64,000 nt of DNA, from positions 32,426,001 to 32,490,000 of the forward strand of contig NC_043006.1 in the NCBI RefSeq assembly GCF_006345805.1, in the 5' to 3' direction. Source of the stretch: Octopus sinensis. Its lineage: Eukaryota. Each line of letters begins with the position of its first letter. The first letter of the stretch is position 1. Shown here piece after piece: positions 1 to 13,680 of this stretch. The notes under the pieces are model-generated. The model made no database searches and was not told where the DNA came from. It was given only the letters and a program-made list of their open reading frames with translations. Both the position numbers and the translations under genes were made by a program.

Positions 1-190
1 GAAATGAGTTGTGACGTCACTGGTGTCAAGTTGTGTCAGCCCCTTTGCCTTTCCCTCAGTGGTATGGTGAGGGGAGGTTGGTATCCAAGGGTGACTGCTG
101 GTCTTCCATAAACAAACTTGCCCCGACTTGTGCCTCAGTGCTATCCGATGGTCATTAATGACCGAAGGGGGTCTTTACTCTTTACTCTTT
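1..190 (+). mobile_element. SINE (family D) 3' part, truncated by window edge
   Basis: Matches the reverse complement of the SINE at 55402-55727 (GTGACGTC..., CTGCTGGTCTTCCATAAACAA, ATGACCGAAGGG) and ends in a (CTTTACT)-like tail. Confidence 0.7.
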
Positions 191-383
191 AAGTTAATGG
201 CAGTCGTTGTTGGGTTTGTCTCTATTAGTGTTTGTGAGAGAAAGAAGATAATTCTTGTTAATACAGAAACCATAATTTATGGGGCAGATGTCACCACTAC
301 AGACCCTTCGGGAGTGACACACATGCAGTACTCACGCATCACCAAATAAAAAACTAAGCAGAGGTTCTTTACTTGTATAATGA

Positions 384-440
<57 letters not shown>

Positions 441-447
<7 letters not shown>

Positions 448-563
448 TTAACAAGACAAGAAACAATTGTAGTGGCGGTTTTTTTTGACTATTTATTAAA
501 ATTTTATGTATTGATTAAGTCTTTCCTTGTTTGTTTTGCAAAATAGTGGTTTTGTCTCTAATA

Positions 564-570
<7 letters not shown>
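441..570 (+). mobile_element. Penelope-like pLTR 3' fragment containing the 3' half of a hammerhead motif
   Basis: GAA-ACAATTGT-A-GTGG at 460-475. Terminal AATAGTGGTTTTGTCTCTA is shared with 3093-3111 and 62821-62839. Flanked by (TA)n on both sides. Confidence 0.6.
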
Positions 571-620
<50 letters not shown>

Positions 621-1072
621 ATTAAAAAATTAAATCATCAAAATTAATGAATTTTATCAGTGGTCAGCATATAAAAACATTTTACGTAAAATACATTTAC
701 AGAGATATATAATTGTATAGGGTACAATCATACTTATTGTGCCCTATATATATATGTATATATACACACACACATTTATATATATGTATACATATACATG
801 TATGTATGCATATATGTATATGTATACATATATATATATATGTATGTATATATACATGTATGTATATATGTGGATATAAAACTGTGTATAAATTCACCTT
901 CTTCCCAATCTGTTATGAACTATACTTTGAAGAATATTGATTTTTATGTTTCTCTGCATCTATTTCCGTCAATGCAAATTAATTTTTCCATTCTAAGTCT
1001 GAGCGTATATATAATTAATGTAAACTTACACACATACACACACACACACACACACGCGCGCGCAATCACACA

Positions 1073-1103
<31 letters not shown>

Positions 1104-1221
1104 CCATTTATGTACTTTTAAAAACTGCAGCGTTAAACCATGAAATATGTGCAAAAAACTATTGGGAGCAATTTCGAAATTTATGTCTGAAAAATTGTTT
1201 GAACTCCAGTCATATATCTGC

Positions 1222-1430
1222 ATACATACATACATACATACATACATACATACATACATACATACATACATACAACATACATACATGCATACATACATAC
1301 ATACATACATACATGCATACATACATGCATGCATGCATACATACAAGCATACACACATACATACATACATGCATGCATACATACATACATACATTCATAT
1401 ATACATACATACATACATTCATACATACAT

Positions 1431-1461
<31 letters not shown>

Positions 1462-1563
1462 TACATACATACATACATTCATACATACATACATAATACA
1501 TACATACATACATACATACATACATACATACATACATACATACATACGTACATACATACGTAC
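1222..1563. repeat. (CATA)n microsatellite
   Basis: Seen directly; source of the HTYI/MYVC pseudo-ORFs. Confidence 0.95.
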
Positions 1564-1796
1564 ATTGATGTGAAAACCCGAAAAATACTGTTTTGAGTCT
1601 GTTGGTTTGTAGTAAATCTCGGTTGCAATTTGTTTGTTGACTTTTTAAAAATCAAAATGTCCAGAAATGAGAGCCGTTCCTTGCTATACTTATTATATTA
1701 TATTTTTTCCACGTATTTTCAACTCATAATTTTGCCACGTGGCGTATACTAAATCTTCAGTTCCTTTGCACATTGTATATTTTTATATTTCTCTCC

Positions 1797-1853
<57 letters not shown>

Positions 1854-2627
1854 ACATATGAATTCGTGTACGTGTGAGCGTGCACAGGTATATATATGTA
1901 TTTATGTATGTATCTGTGAATGCACGCGTGCGCATGTGCGTGTAAATTATTTTCACTCGTTGAGCGTCCGCATCAAATTTAACACTTTAAATTTAATCTA
2001 AAATGTTTTGCACTGAGACACAAAATATTAAATTTTATAGTAGAAATTAAATTAAATAGTCGGGAATAGTGTGATGTCTTGTATTTAATTAGTATAATAA
2101 TATGGGACAAATACATTTCGAGCAAGTTTTCTCTCCTGCGTGAAGTAACTGAAAGAGTAATATATATATATATAAGTATTTCGCTTACGCTTCACTGTTC
2201 TTATAACCTGGCGTAGAACTCAATATAAGTATGCTTCTCACGAAGCATTAGTCAAGTATAGAGCGGTAAAGAAATAAATAGTTGACAAACGAATACACAT
2301 TGATAAGACGAACTTCGTTAGCTTACTGCTGTTTCCAATGTAAGATGCAGGGGACTCACAGTTGGGTGCCTAAGTAACACTTTATAGCTTCGTCGGAGTC
2401 TGAAACATGAATACACTTCAAATATCGCTCAGTTATGATTCTACTGCATCTTATAGCGGAAACAGTTGTAAGCTAAGGCGGGCCATAACATAATCGTTTA
2501 TACCTTTGCCGTCTATGTTTTGTTTTATATATAAATACATACATACATGCATACATACATACATACATACATACATACATACATACATACATACATACAT
2601 ACATACACACATATACACACATATATG

Positions 2628-3220
<593 letters not shown>

Positions 3221-3231
3221 GTATGTATGTA

Positions 3232-3302
<71 letters not shown>

Positions 3303-3360
3303 GGCACACATGCACACACGCGCACACACATACTCACATATACACGTCTATATAAATATA

Positions 3361-3392
3361 TACTATCAGTATAGCCCGGCCTTGCCCGGGAT
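3361..3392 (-). mobile_element. Helitron-like 3' terminus
   Basis: Minus strand CCCGGGCAAGGCCGGG hairpin shortly before ...GATAGTA (CTRR-like end). Confidence 0.4.
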
Positions 3393-3464
3393 TACGTTAG
3401 GATTTTTAAGCTAATCAAATTCTTTATTTCAAACAAAACTAAGTAACATCGACGTCATGTTTGA

Positions 3465-3727
3465 GGAAAGTAATGGTGACACCGGTGGTAATTGGAGTAT
3501 TGGGAGCAGTTTCCAAGGGTTTTGAGAAACATATTAAGAATATTGGTACTGCTGTCAGGCTCGAGGTGATCCAGAAGACAGCATTGTTGGGTTCAGTTCG
3601 CATTCTAAGGAGAGTATTGCCGCTTTGAGTTACAGGAGAAGGCACTACTTGAAACCTTCAGTGAAATGTTATTGGCTGCCTTCAAGTAAAGAATAACTGG
3701 TAATTAAAAACTACTCGAGAGTCTTTA
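3465..3727 (+). mobile_element. R4/Dong-like RLE retrotransposon 3' end
   Basis: Translates VTPVVIGVLGAVSKGFEKHIKNIG...VIQKTALLGSVRILRRVL, homologous to the C-terminus of ORF 13895-14302; followed by (AAC)n. Confidence 0.75.
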
Positions 3728-4199
3728 ACAACAACAACAACAACAACTCAATATGTGTGTCACCCTTTTACATATGCAGGTGTTGCAGATTTTCCCTGAA
3801 AATCCAATTATTACAACTACAATAAATAATAAACTGGATGACAATCTTATTGAATCAGGAAGTACCGAAAATATTTATTGCAATATCATTAATATGATAT
3901 ATTATCTGTTAAATTTAATGATATAATTGCAACGGCGTTTGCTACACAAAAAAGATACCAAATATTCGATGTTAGATAAACTTTGCTGAAATAAAGCTTT
4001 CGCTGATCCAAACTATAAAATATTGAATTTAAATACACTTCACATACACATTTAATTTGTGCCCCCCCCCCCCCCGCCTACTTAAATTTTATTACGATTT
4101 TCATGAATTGCTATTCTATTGCCACTCCTTGTTGATTTAGTCTGGAAATTTTAACAACTTTTTCTAAAAGCACCAGTAATTCATTTAATGGCAGGATAA

Positions 4200-4710
4200 C
4201 AGAAACCAATGTTTCTCCATTAGTACAAAGATTTAATCGTACGCAGGTTTTAATTGCAAATATTCTAATAAACTCAAAATGACTTTAGATTATTCATTAC
4301 TTACCTTTTTAATATGCGTAGCTTTTATCATTAACTTCAGCTTTGCAATTTGGTGATCGAATCTGTTCAGAATCAGAACGCAACTGAAACTCTTATCAGC
4401 TTTCGTTAAATAGTTTTGGGGTTGAAAATGCCGCAGCTGTTTAACTAACAATCACTAATAAGATAATTATTATTAATTATCAAAATGCAATATTTGTTTA
4501 TATTGATAATGTTATTGTGCGTGGAAGAAATGTGGAGGCGATAACCAAAATTTATAGAAATCTGATTAATCTTTCAAAGATTATCAACTTAGTTGAGGAT
4601 GAGTTTATATATAATTCACAAAATAGTTATTTTCTGGGTTACTGGATTTCTCATGGTAGATTAAAGCGTGATCCAGAAGGATTAGAATCATTAAGAAACG
4701 ATCCTCCTAA
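4200..4710 (+). pseudogene. Degenerate Ty3/Gypsy reverse transcriptase fragment
   Basis: FGVENAAAV, FVYIDNVIVRG (YxDD-like), YFLGYWISHGRLKRDP in the expected order, with stops and frameshifts. Confidence 0.6.
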
Positions 4711-4744
4711 ATATGATTTCAAATTTTGACACAAGACCAGCAAT

Positions 4745-4858
4745 TGTAGGTTCGGAGTAAGTTGATAACACCGACCCCAGTGTTCACTGGTACTTATTTT
4801 ATCGACCGCGAAAGGATGAAAGGCAAAGTCGATCTCGGAGGTATTTGACTTCAGAAAG
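4745..4858 (-). mobile_element. SINE (family B) fragment
   Basis: Reverse complement of GACTTTGCCTTTCATCCTTTCG...GTCGATAAA...AGTACCAG central domain. Confidence 0.7.
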
Positions 4859-5711
4859 TGGAGGTATTAACTGCTCATAAAACGAAAGTAGCTTTTGACT
4901 AAATGGAAAGACTTAGTCATTATTAAAAGTGTCAGAAATCGAACTGTTTACAGATCAAGAAGCATTAATTTTATTTTCAGTAAACGTTCATAAAATATTT
5001 AAAATAATAAACTGATACATTTTGAGACCTCCGTAATCGACGTTCTTAGCCAAGATTCCGTCTTCTCCATGACGGTGTCTCTATCTAGCTGAGTTGAAGG
5101 ATAATAATTGGTTGGTATTTCAAACAGTCTTAATAATCACATAAAAATTCGTCACACTTGTGAATATGTGTGTGTGTGTGGGTGTGTGGGTGTGTGTGCG
5201 TGTGTGTGTGTATGTGTGTGTTAGTAATATTTGTCGCAGAGACAGGATGTGAAAGTGAATTGCTTTAAATAATAGTTTGGTTCACAGTATTAACGTAACA
5301 TTTCAGTGAATTATCTTAGCCATAAACTTCCCCAAACATAAACAAAGTGAAAAATGATGGGTTTTAGTGAATTATTTTTATTCGCGATATGTAACATTTC
5401 ATGATTTAAAAAAAGAATTTCTCAATTATTGCAAATCAAGAAATATTTAAGCGGAAAATACATTTTCCTTACGAACAACAGAGTTGAATGTATCGCTGAA
5501 GGTTTTTTTAATAAAATAATTTATCCACTTCAAAAGTAACTAGCTCAAGTGATAGAAGAAATTGCATTCAATAAGTGGAAATAGGTTTACAGCGGAATTA
5601 ACTGATTTGCTGTTTGAAGATTTTAGTATATCTTTTGCTATTTTAATCCTCTTTCTCTTTCACCTTCCAGTCTGGTTGTCGTCATCGTTTTCGTTTTCCG
5701 TTTTATCTTTT

Positions 5712-6125
5712 GTCTTTCACTTGTTTCAGCCATTAGGCTGCGGCCAAGCTGGAGTACCGCCTTGAAGAACATTTAGTGGAATGAATCGACCCCTGTGCTT
5801 TTTTTTTCAAGTATAGAACTTATTCCATCAGTCTCTTTAGCCGAACAGCTAAGTTACTGGAACGTAAACACACCATCACCGGTTGTCGAGCGATGTTGGG
5901 GGAGAGACCCAGATAAAAAGATACACTCGAAGATACACACAAGTACACACACACACATGCATGCATACGGCGAGCTTCTTTTAGTTTCCGTCTACCAAAT
6001 CCACTTCCAAGGCTTTGGTCGGCTTGCGGTTATAGCAGATGACACTTGCCCGAGGTGTCACGCAGTGGGACTGAACTCGGAACGATGCAGATGGGAAGCA
6101 AACTTCTTACCATACAGCCACGCCT
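5712..6125 (-). mobile_element. tRNA-derived SINE (family A, OR-like)
   Basis: Reverse complement of the SINE at 17838-18303. Confidence 0.8.
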
Positions 6126-6313
6126 AGTTTTATATTTAAAAATGAAAAATTTACGGCCCCAGCTTACTTAGCGCATGAGAGTGAATTGCCTTCATTTGTT
6201 TATTTTTATTCAATTCAAACCCGTTGCCATACTTTGTAGTATGTTTCCCCCCACGTGTTTATTATACGTAAATGACACATGATGTGGAATTGTATAACGT
6301 GTTTTGTGTTGTA

Positions 6314-6837
6314 CAGTAATCCCTCGATTACCGCGGGTGTTAGTCCGCCCCGCCGCGATAGGTGAAGATCCGCGAAGTAGAAACAGGTACTGTATATATT
6401 CTTTTATTATTTCTATAATCTGTATATATTTTATTATAAATGCAAAACAACACCACGGGGTATTATTTACATCATTTACATTTGACGGATATTTTCCTCA
6501 TCTTGTTTGTTGTTAACACAACGTTTCGGCTGATATACCCTCCAACTTTCATCGAATAATACCTTAGGAATGAGAACACAGGTTCGAAATTTCCCCAAGC
6601 CAACTGATAAAGGCTGGAGGGTATATCAGCCGAAACGTTGTGTTAACAACAAACGAGATGAGGACAAATATTCGTTAAATGTAAATAATGTAAATAATGA
6701 ACACAATTCCGCATCTCTTAAATATAGAACTGTAACACCACGGAGGAATCGACGTAAGCTTAAATAATAAACCGCGATAGGTGAACCGCGATAGGTGAAC
6801 CGCGATAGGTGAACCGCGATATGGCGAGGGATTACTG
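6314..6837. mobile_element. Pogo/Tigger-like MITE interrupted by a Penelope-like insert
   Basis: TIR CAGTAATCCCTCG / CGAGGGATTACTG flanked by TA on both sides; internal 14-bp tandem repeat ACCGCGATAGGTGA at 6771-6820. Confidence 0.8.
6459..6733. mobile_element. Fold-back Penelope-like mini element with two degenerate hammerhead motifs
   Basis: Inverted arms about 6462-6555 and 6604-6698. 10-bp TSD AACACCACGG at 6449-6458 and 6734-6743. CTGATAA-A-GGCTG..CAGCC-GAA-ACGT-T-GTGT. Confidence 0.75.
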
Positions 6838-7162
6838 TATCAACGGACACTTCTGGCCGATAAAGAAATATGTATTGCTGATATTAATAATTCTTATCTT
6901 TCGCAAAAAGCCTGCAGTTTTGAAAGGAGAAGTAAGGTGACTACATTGAGCCCAGTACATGTATGGTACTTATTTTATCGACCTATAAAGGATAAAAGAC
7001 GCAGTCAACCTGAGCGGATTTTCAACTCAGAACGTAGTGAATAGGAAGAAATAACGCTGTCTACTGTAGAGTACTTCATTGCTACAATTACTGTTATAAC
7101 TATTGCTACTACTATTACAACTACGACTACAACTATTCTTACTATTATCACTACTTATACCA

Positions 7163-8030
7163 AAGCCGTGAGCCGGCAGAATCGTTAGCATGTCGGGCGA
7201 AAGGCTTAGCGGTATTTCGTCTGCCGCTACATTCTGAGTTCAAATTCTGCCGAGGTCGACTTTGCCTTTCATCCTTTCGGGGTCAATTAAATAAGTACCA
7301 GTTGCGCACTGGGGTCAATATAATCGACTTAATCCGTTTGTCTGTCCTTGTTTGTCCTCTCTGTGTTTAGCCCCTTGTGTGTAGTAAAGATATAGGTATT
7401 TCGTCTGATGTTAAAAAGGCGACGAGCTGGCAGAAACGTTAGCACGCCGGGCGAAATATTTAGCGGTATTTCGTCTGCCGTTACATTCAGAGTTCAAATT
7501 CCGCCGAGGTCGACTTTGCCTTTCATCCTTCCGGGGTCGATAAATTAAGTACCAGTTACGCACTGGGGTCGATATAATCGACTTAATCCGTTTGTCTGTC
7601 CTTGTTTGTCCTCTCTGTGTTTAGCACCTTGTGGGTAGTAAAGAAATAGGTATTTCGTCTGCTGTTACGTTCTGAGTTAAAATTCCGCCGAGGTCTACTT
7701 TGCCTTTCATCCTTTCGGGGTCGATAAATTAAGTACCAGTTACGCACTGGTGTCGATGTAAACGACTTAATCCGTTTGTCTGTCCTTGATTGTCCCCTCT
7801 ATGTTTAGACCCCTGTGGGCAATAAAGAAATAAGAAACGGTAGCACGCTGGGCGAAATACTTAGCAGTATTTCGTCTGCCGTTACGTTCTGAGTTCAAAT
7901 TCCACCGATATCGACTTTGCCTTTCATCCTCTCGGGGTCGATAAATTAAGTATAAGTTGCGTACTGGGGTCGATCTAATCTACTTACCCCTTCATTTCAT
8001 GTGTTATGCCTATAGTAGAATGGATTATTA
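7163..8030 (+). mobile_element. Tandem array of SINE family B units
   Basis: Unit GGTATTTCGTCTG...GTTCAAAT..GCCGAGGTCGACTTTGCCTTTCATCC... recurs at 7211, 7395 (truncated), 7465, 7649 and about 7866. Full unit is 184 bp; heads at 7163, 7417 and about 7834. Confidence 0.85.
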
Positions 8031-9279
8031 TTACTCATACCCTCCCTCACGTTCCCTACAACATTTTCGGCCATGTTTCAAAGCTGGCAATCAAAATGTG
8101 CTTATTTATAGTTCGTTCTTTCATATCTTGTTAATCGATACCAAAATAAAAGGCAACATTTAAGAAAACATGTCTCAAAGCGTAATGTTGTGGGAACATA
8201 TATTTTCTTTTCAGTAAACAAAAGAGTTATAGATTATCTGTGTGATTCGATAGGAATAGTTTCCAAATTACACCCTACAGTCTTAAATGAGAAAAACACA
8301 TTGTTCCTTGGGAGAAAAAAGCGGTGTTATTATTAGAATCAGCTTTGGTCAAAGGCCTTATTGACTGACTGACCTGCAGCTAAATCACAACCGCAACAAA
8401 ATAGCTGATTGTTTTTATTTTTATTTTTAACATACGTATAAGGCTACAAGTTAGAGACGAGGCTCCATTACTTTACTGGTACCCATTTTCTTGACGCCGG
8501 AATGGGGAAATGCAATGTGGAATTCGACAAGATTTTCAAAATCAGAACGTGAAGGATATTTAAACAATTGTCAGGAATGGTGCTTGCAACTAAATATATA
8601 TTTAGCGATATGAAATATGACGTAGTTAAAACACAATTTCTTTTCCAGGTTACTCTTTCATAGTTGACAAAATTGAAATGGGTATATTGTTACATGCGAA
8701 GTCCCTAAAACGCTTGGTGAAGAAAGATTTATTTGTTATTTACTGGTTGCAAGAAATTTGTTCTTTTTAAGCTTTCATTTTATGTTCAGTGAATTCTATA
8801 TGATCAGCTCTAATTCAATAACCGAATAACATTTTCGTTTAGCAAAGATAATGTTAAAGTTTCCATAAATGTTGGATATTATAATCTAGTACGATTGGAA
8901 ATATTTCACAAAGTTAATAACATTCTTCATTATAATAATTAATTTTATATCAAAAAGAAACCTTCCAAAGGGTCCAACTACTGAAATGAACGGCAACTGG
9001 ATAACATTTGGAAGAAATGAATGTCACACATACATACATACATACATACACACATACATACATACATACATACATACACACATACATACATACATACACT
9101 CATACACACATATATACATACACACATACATACATACATACACACACATACATACATATATACATACATACATACATACACACTTACACACATACACACG
9201 TACATACATACATACATACATACATACACATACATACATACATACATACATACATACATACATACATACATACATACAT

Positions 9280-9927
9280 AATAAAAAAGAGTACTGGTGG
9301 AATGTCCCAGTGAATACCTCGATAAAATGTAAACAAAACAGACCTGATATAATGATTTGGGATAGAGAAGAGAAAATGTGTACAGTTGTGGAAATTAGCT
9401 GCTCAGCGGATGTTAACATAAAGCTGAAGATCAGTGACAAAGAGAATACCTACGCTGAACTATTGAGAAATATTCAGTTACTCTATCTAGATTACAAGTT
9501 CAAGTTTATACCTGTAATTATTGGTGCCCTGAGATATGTAATACGCTGCCTAAATAGCAATTTTGAGAAATTAAGCTTCTCAAATCTAGAAAGGAGAAGG
9601 CTAATTAGAAGGCTAGAGATCCAATCCATCACTGGAACTGTAAAAATCTGTAAAACTTTCCAGAAGTTTATCATTTAAATATGTATGAGCATGTCTAGAT
9701 ATGCAATTATATGCATGAGAATACAACCATAAAACAAAGCATACAAGTCTGTACACATACATACATACATACATACATACATACATACATACATACATAC
9801 ATACATACATACATACATACGTACTCTGTTGTTGATGTTGAAATTCCAATGAAGGAGCCTTGGATCTAGGTTAGAAACCGGCTCATTCTCTATTGGCAAG
9901 AAATCTTGAAATAAAACTGAATAATGA
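9280..9927 (+). mobile_element. 5'-truncated RLE non-LTR retrotransposon embedded in (CATA)n
   Basis: Open frame YWWNVP...NRPDIMIWDREEKMCTVVEISC...KENTY...IPVIIGAL (PD-D/E RLE), stop at 9678, then 3' UTR; (CATA)n on both sides. Confidence 0.85.
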
Positions 9928-10015
9928 CATACATACATATATGAATAGCAACCGGCTGGAACTCTCTCAAGAAGAATTTAATAGCTCAAAGAATATTCAT
10001 ACATACACGCATTCA

Positions 10016-10121
<106 letters not shown>

Positions 10122-10139
10122 CATCTATCTATCTATCTA

Positions 10140-10170
<31 letters not shown>

Positions 10171-10172
10171 GC

Positions 10173-10205
<33 letters not shown>

Positions 10206-10248
10206 GATCTATCTATCATCTATCTATCTATTCTATCTATCTAACTTC

Positions 10249-11605
10249 CAGAGAAGAACTGGAAACGAGATATAACGAGTAGGGTGGTCACTCTCGCCCG
10301 GCAATGGGCGAGACGAGGAAAATGTCCCTAAAGGGTCGAGCGGAGGTGGCGAAACACGTACATCGCGTCCGTCATCTACTACCGCCTGACCGTCGTACCT
10401 TGTCCCGACCCTACCATCACCAAACTACAACGCATCCTCTTTCGCTTCTTGTGGAAAGGATGCGTCCCGATGGTCAGGCGATCCATTTGCTGTCAACACC
10501 CGTTAAAAAGGAGGGCTGGCAGGCATGCCGTGGTTGATGATGCGCAGACACGCGCTGAGACTGCGACATCTCTGGCTCTATGTAGACGACGGTGAACGAA
10601 CAGGTGTGGTCGCCGTTGTGAGGCACGCTTTCCCGCAGCTCGTCTCCATGACCGAACTGCAGTCGTGGATCAAAAAGAGGCCGAGGAAGGGCGAATGGCA
10701 CCGCGAGTTGTCGCGTTGCTCTCAAGCAACTCGCCGTCCTGGGTCGACCTTAAGTGACTTCAACACAACCAAAGCATTCTATAGGGGTTTAGTGGAGGGG
10801 AGGTACGACGACGAGCTCGGGGGAACCTGGACGTCCGACGAGGAGTACCTGACCCGCCTGTTCGGGACGACTTTCGGGCCAGGGCCCATGGACAACTTCC
10901 AGAGATCCCTGGCCTGGCAGTGCTACCGAGAAGCGCTACCCGTTCGGATAAGCTCTACAGACACGGCTCGAGAAACACGGGGCCGACCTGCCCGAGATGC
11001 GGTCAGAGCGACGAAACCGTTCTGCACGCACTCGTTCAGTGTCCAACATTTCCGACTGTGGGCTTATGTCGAAAACTGCTGTCACGTGTGGGACGAGTCG
11101 GTTTATCAGCTGAGTCTATCGTCAATATGTGTCACGGCCTCCTTCTTCAAACGGGAAGGAAGAGCTATTTTCATCATCCTTGTGGCTATGGCGAAAGAAT
11201 GTATCTGGTGGACGCGTCTGAAAGGATTGAGACAAACACTTTCCTCTCTGGTCAATCTCTCATCAACTTCTTCAAGTACCACTTGAAAAGGAAGTGAGAG
11301 TAGAGAGGCAAGTTTGTCTAGCGAATGTTTTAAAAAAAGATGGGTGAATGTAGCAAGAATGGCACGTATGAATGACGAAGCCACCTGAGCATAGTCCTAT
11401 GAACCCAGAAATCGAAAACAGAGAGTTGCTTATTTGCAAAAAAAAAAAAAAAAAAAGAAATATAAAATGTGACTTCATTGACCGAGGTTACCGTGGTCTT
11501 TTCCGCAGGCTTTTCTTTCCACGGGTAAACCTCACCTGTCCTCCCCTTACACTTCATATTGACATTTCTGTGATAACGATCCCTATTGATCATTTTTTTT
11601 CCTCT

Positions 11606-11639
<34 letters not shown>

Positions 11640-11698
11640 CCCCCTTATTTTTGTCCTCTTCTCTCCTTTTACGATCCCTTTTGATCGAACTCCCCCTT

Positions 11699-11734
<36 letters not shown>

Positions 11735-11805
11735 CCTTCAAAAGAAAAGCTCTACTTGTAATTTGTTCTATCTGTGTGCAGCCCTGTGTGGCTAATAAAG
11801 AAACA
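10249..11805 (+). mobile_element. 5'-truncated Tx1/L1-clade retrotransposon (frameshifted ORF2 C-terminus plus 3' UTR)
   Basis: SLKGRAEVA (LSxxGR), EGWQAC (GGL region), zf-RVT CPRCGQSDETVLHALVQC; pyrimidine-rich 3' UTR with AATAAA. 11-bp TSD TATCTAACTTC at 10238-10248 and 11806-11816, inside (TATC)n. Confidence 0.85.
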
Positions 11806-11833
11806 TATCTAACTTCTGTCTATCTATCTTCTG

Positions 11834-11875
<42 letters not shown>

Positions 11876-11883
11876 CATCTATA

Positions 11884-11915
<32 letters not shown>

Positions 11916-11961
11916 CATCTATCTATCTATCTATCTATCTATCTGTCTGTCTGTCTGTCTG

Positions 11962-11996
<35 letters not shown>

Positions 11997-12009
11997 TCTA
12001 TCATCTATC

Positions 12010-12281
12010 TTACACTTCATATTGACATTTCTGTGAAACGATCCTATTGATCAATTTTTTTTTCCTCTCCCCCTTTTTTTTTTTTTTAACCCCCCCTTTT
12101 TTGTCCTCTTTCTCTCCTTTTACGATCCCTTTTGATCGAAACTCCCCCTCCTTTTTTTTTTTTTTTTTTTTTCTTTAAACCTTCAAAAGAAAAAAGCTCA
12201 CCTTGTATTTGTTCTATCGTGTGCAGCCCTGTGTGTGGCTAATAAAGAAACATATCTATCTGTCTATCAATCTATCTATCT

Positions 12282-12316
<35 letters not shown>

Positions 12317-12338
12317 GTCTATCAATCTATCTATCTAT

Positions 12339-12376
<38 letters not shown>

Positions 12377-12399
12377 ATCTATCTGTCTGTCTATCTATT

Positions 12400-12441
<42 letters not shown>

Positions 12442-12529
12442 GTCTATCAATCTATCTATCATCTAATCTATCTATCTATCTATTCTATCTATCTATCTAT
12501 CTATTATCTATCTATCTATCGTTCTATCT

Positions 12530-12562
<33 letters not shown>

Positions 12563-12676
12563 ATACTATCTATCTATCTATCTAGGTCTATCAATCAATC
12601 TATCTATCTATCTACTATCTATCTATCTGTCTATCTAGCTATCTATTATATCTATCTATCTATTCTCTTAGAATCT

Positions 12677-12711
<35 letters not shown>

Positions 12712-12766
12712 CATCTATCTATCTATCTATCTATCTGTTATCTATCTTCTATCTATCTATTATCTC

Positions 12767-12801
<35 letters not shown>

Positions 12802-12867
12802 GTCTATCAATCTATCTATCTATCTCCCTTTTGATCGACCCCCCTTTTTTATTTATTTTATTTTTTA

Positions 12868-12910
<43 letters not shown>

Positions 12911-13002
12911 TTTTTTTTTTTTTTAACCTTCAAATGAAAAGCTCTACCTTGTAATTTGTTCTATCTGTGTGCAGCCCTGTGTGGCTAATAAAGAAACATA
13001 TC
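12010..13002 (+). repeat. Two extra copies of the Tx1 3' UTR (about 12010-12255 and 12826-13002) separated by degenerate (TATC)n
   Basis: Both contain CTTCAAA..GAAAAGCTC..TTGTA.TTTGTTCTATC.GTGTGCAGCCCTGTGTGGCTAATAAAGAAACATATC. Confidence 0.85.
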
Positions 13003-13017
13003 TATCATCTATCTATA

Positions 13018-13052
<35 letters not shown>

Positions 13053-13382
13053 ATATATATATATATATATATACATACATACGTGCCTGTGTATGTGTGC
13101 ATTTACCCTGGTTTCAAGCATTCCTCTATGACCATACTAGGGCATTTTCGTTAAGCCCCTTAATATCCGTTCCTTCATCTACCAAACAATTTTTATTTCA
13201 CTCTATTCCCAAGAAGATAGTCGTAGACCATTTCCTTATGAAACTTCAGTGAAACTACATCGAACTAAACAGATACCGATTTTGTAATAAGTTTTCAAGA
13301 AAAATATTGATGCATTTCTAAGTAATGTTCTAAGTTGAAATTCTATCAAAATGTCTAATGAAATTATACTAGATAATTGTCT

Positions 13383-13562
13383 ATCACCATCACCACCACC
13401 ACCACCACCACCACCACCACCACCACCACCACCACCACCGCCACCCACCACCACCACCACCACCACCACCACCAACACCACCACCACCACCACCACCACC
13501 ATCACCACCATCACACCATCACCACCACCACCACCACCACCACCACTACCACCACCAACCAC

Positions 13563-13598
<36 letters not shown>

Positions 13599-13619
13599 TG
13601 TTGTTGCTGCTGCTGCTGC

Positions 13620-13680
<61 letters not shown>
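13383..13680. repeat. Compound trinucleotide/hexanucleotide repeat (CAC)n-(CATCGT)n-(GCT)n-(GTT)n-(ATT)n
   Basis: Seen directly. Confidence 0.9.

Noticed and set aside
11-20. CRE palindrome GTGACGTCAC
   Set aside because: Part of the family D SINE body, not a promoter context
7163-8030. CRISPR-like regular repeats (also the 14-bp repeat at 6771-6820)
   Set aside because: No unique spacers, no cas genes, eukaryotic context; these are SINE and MITE tandem units
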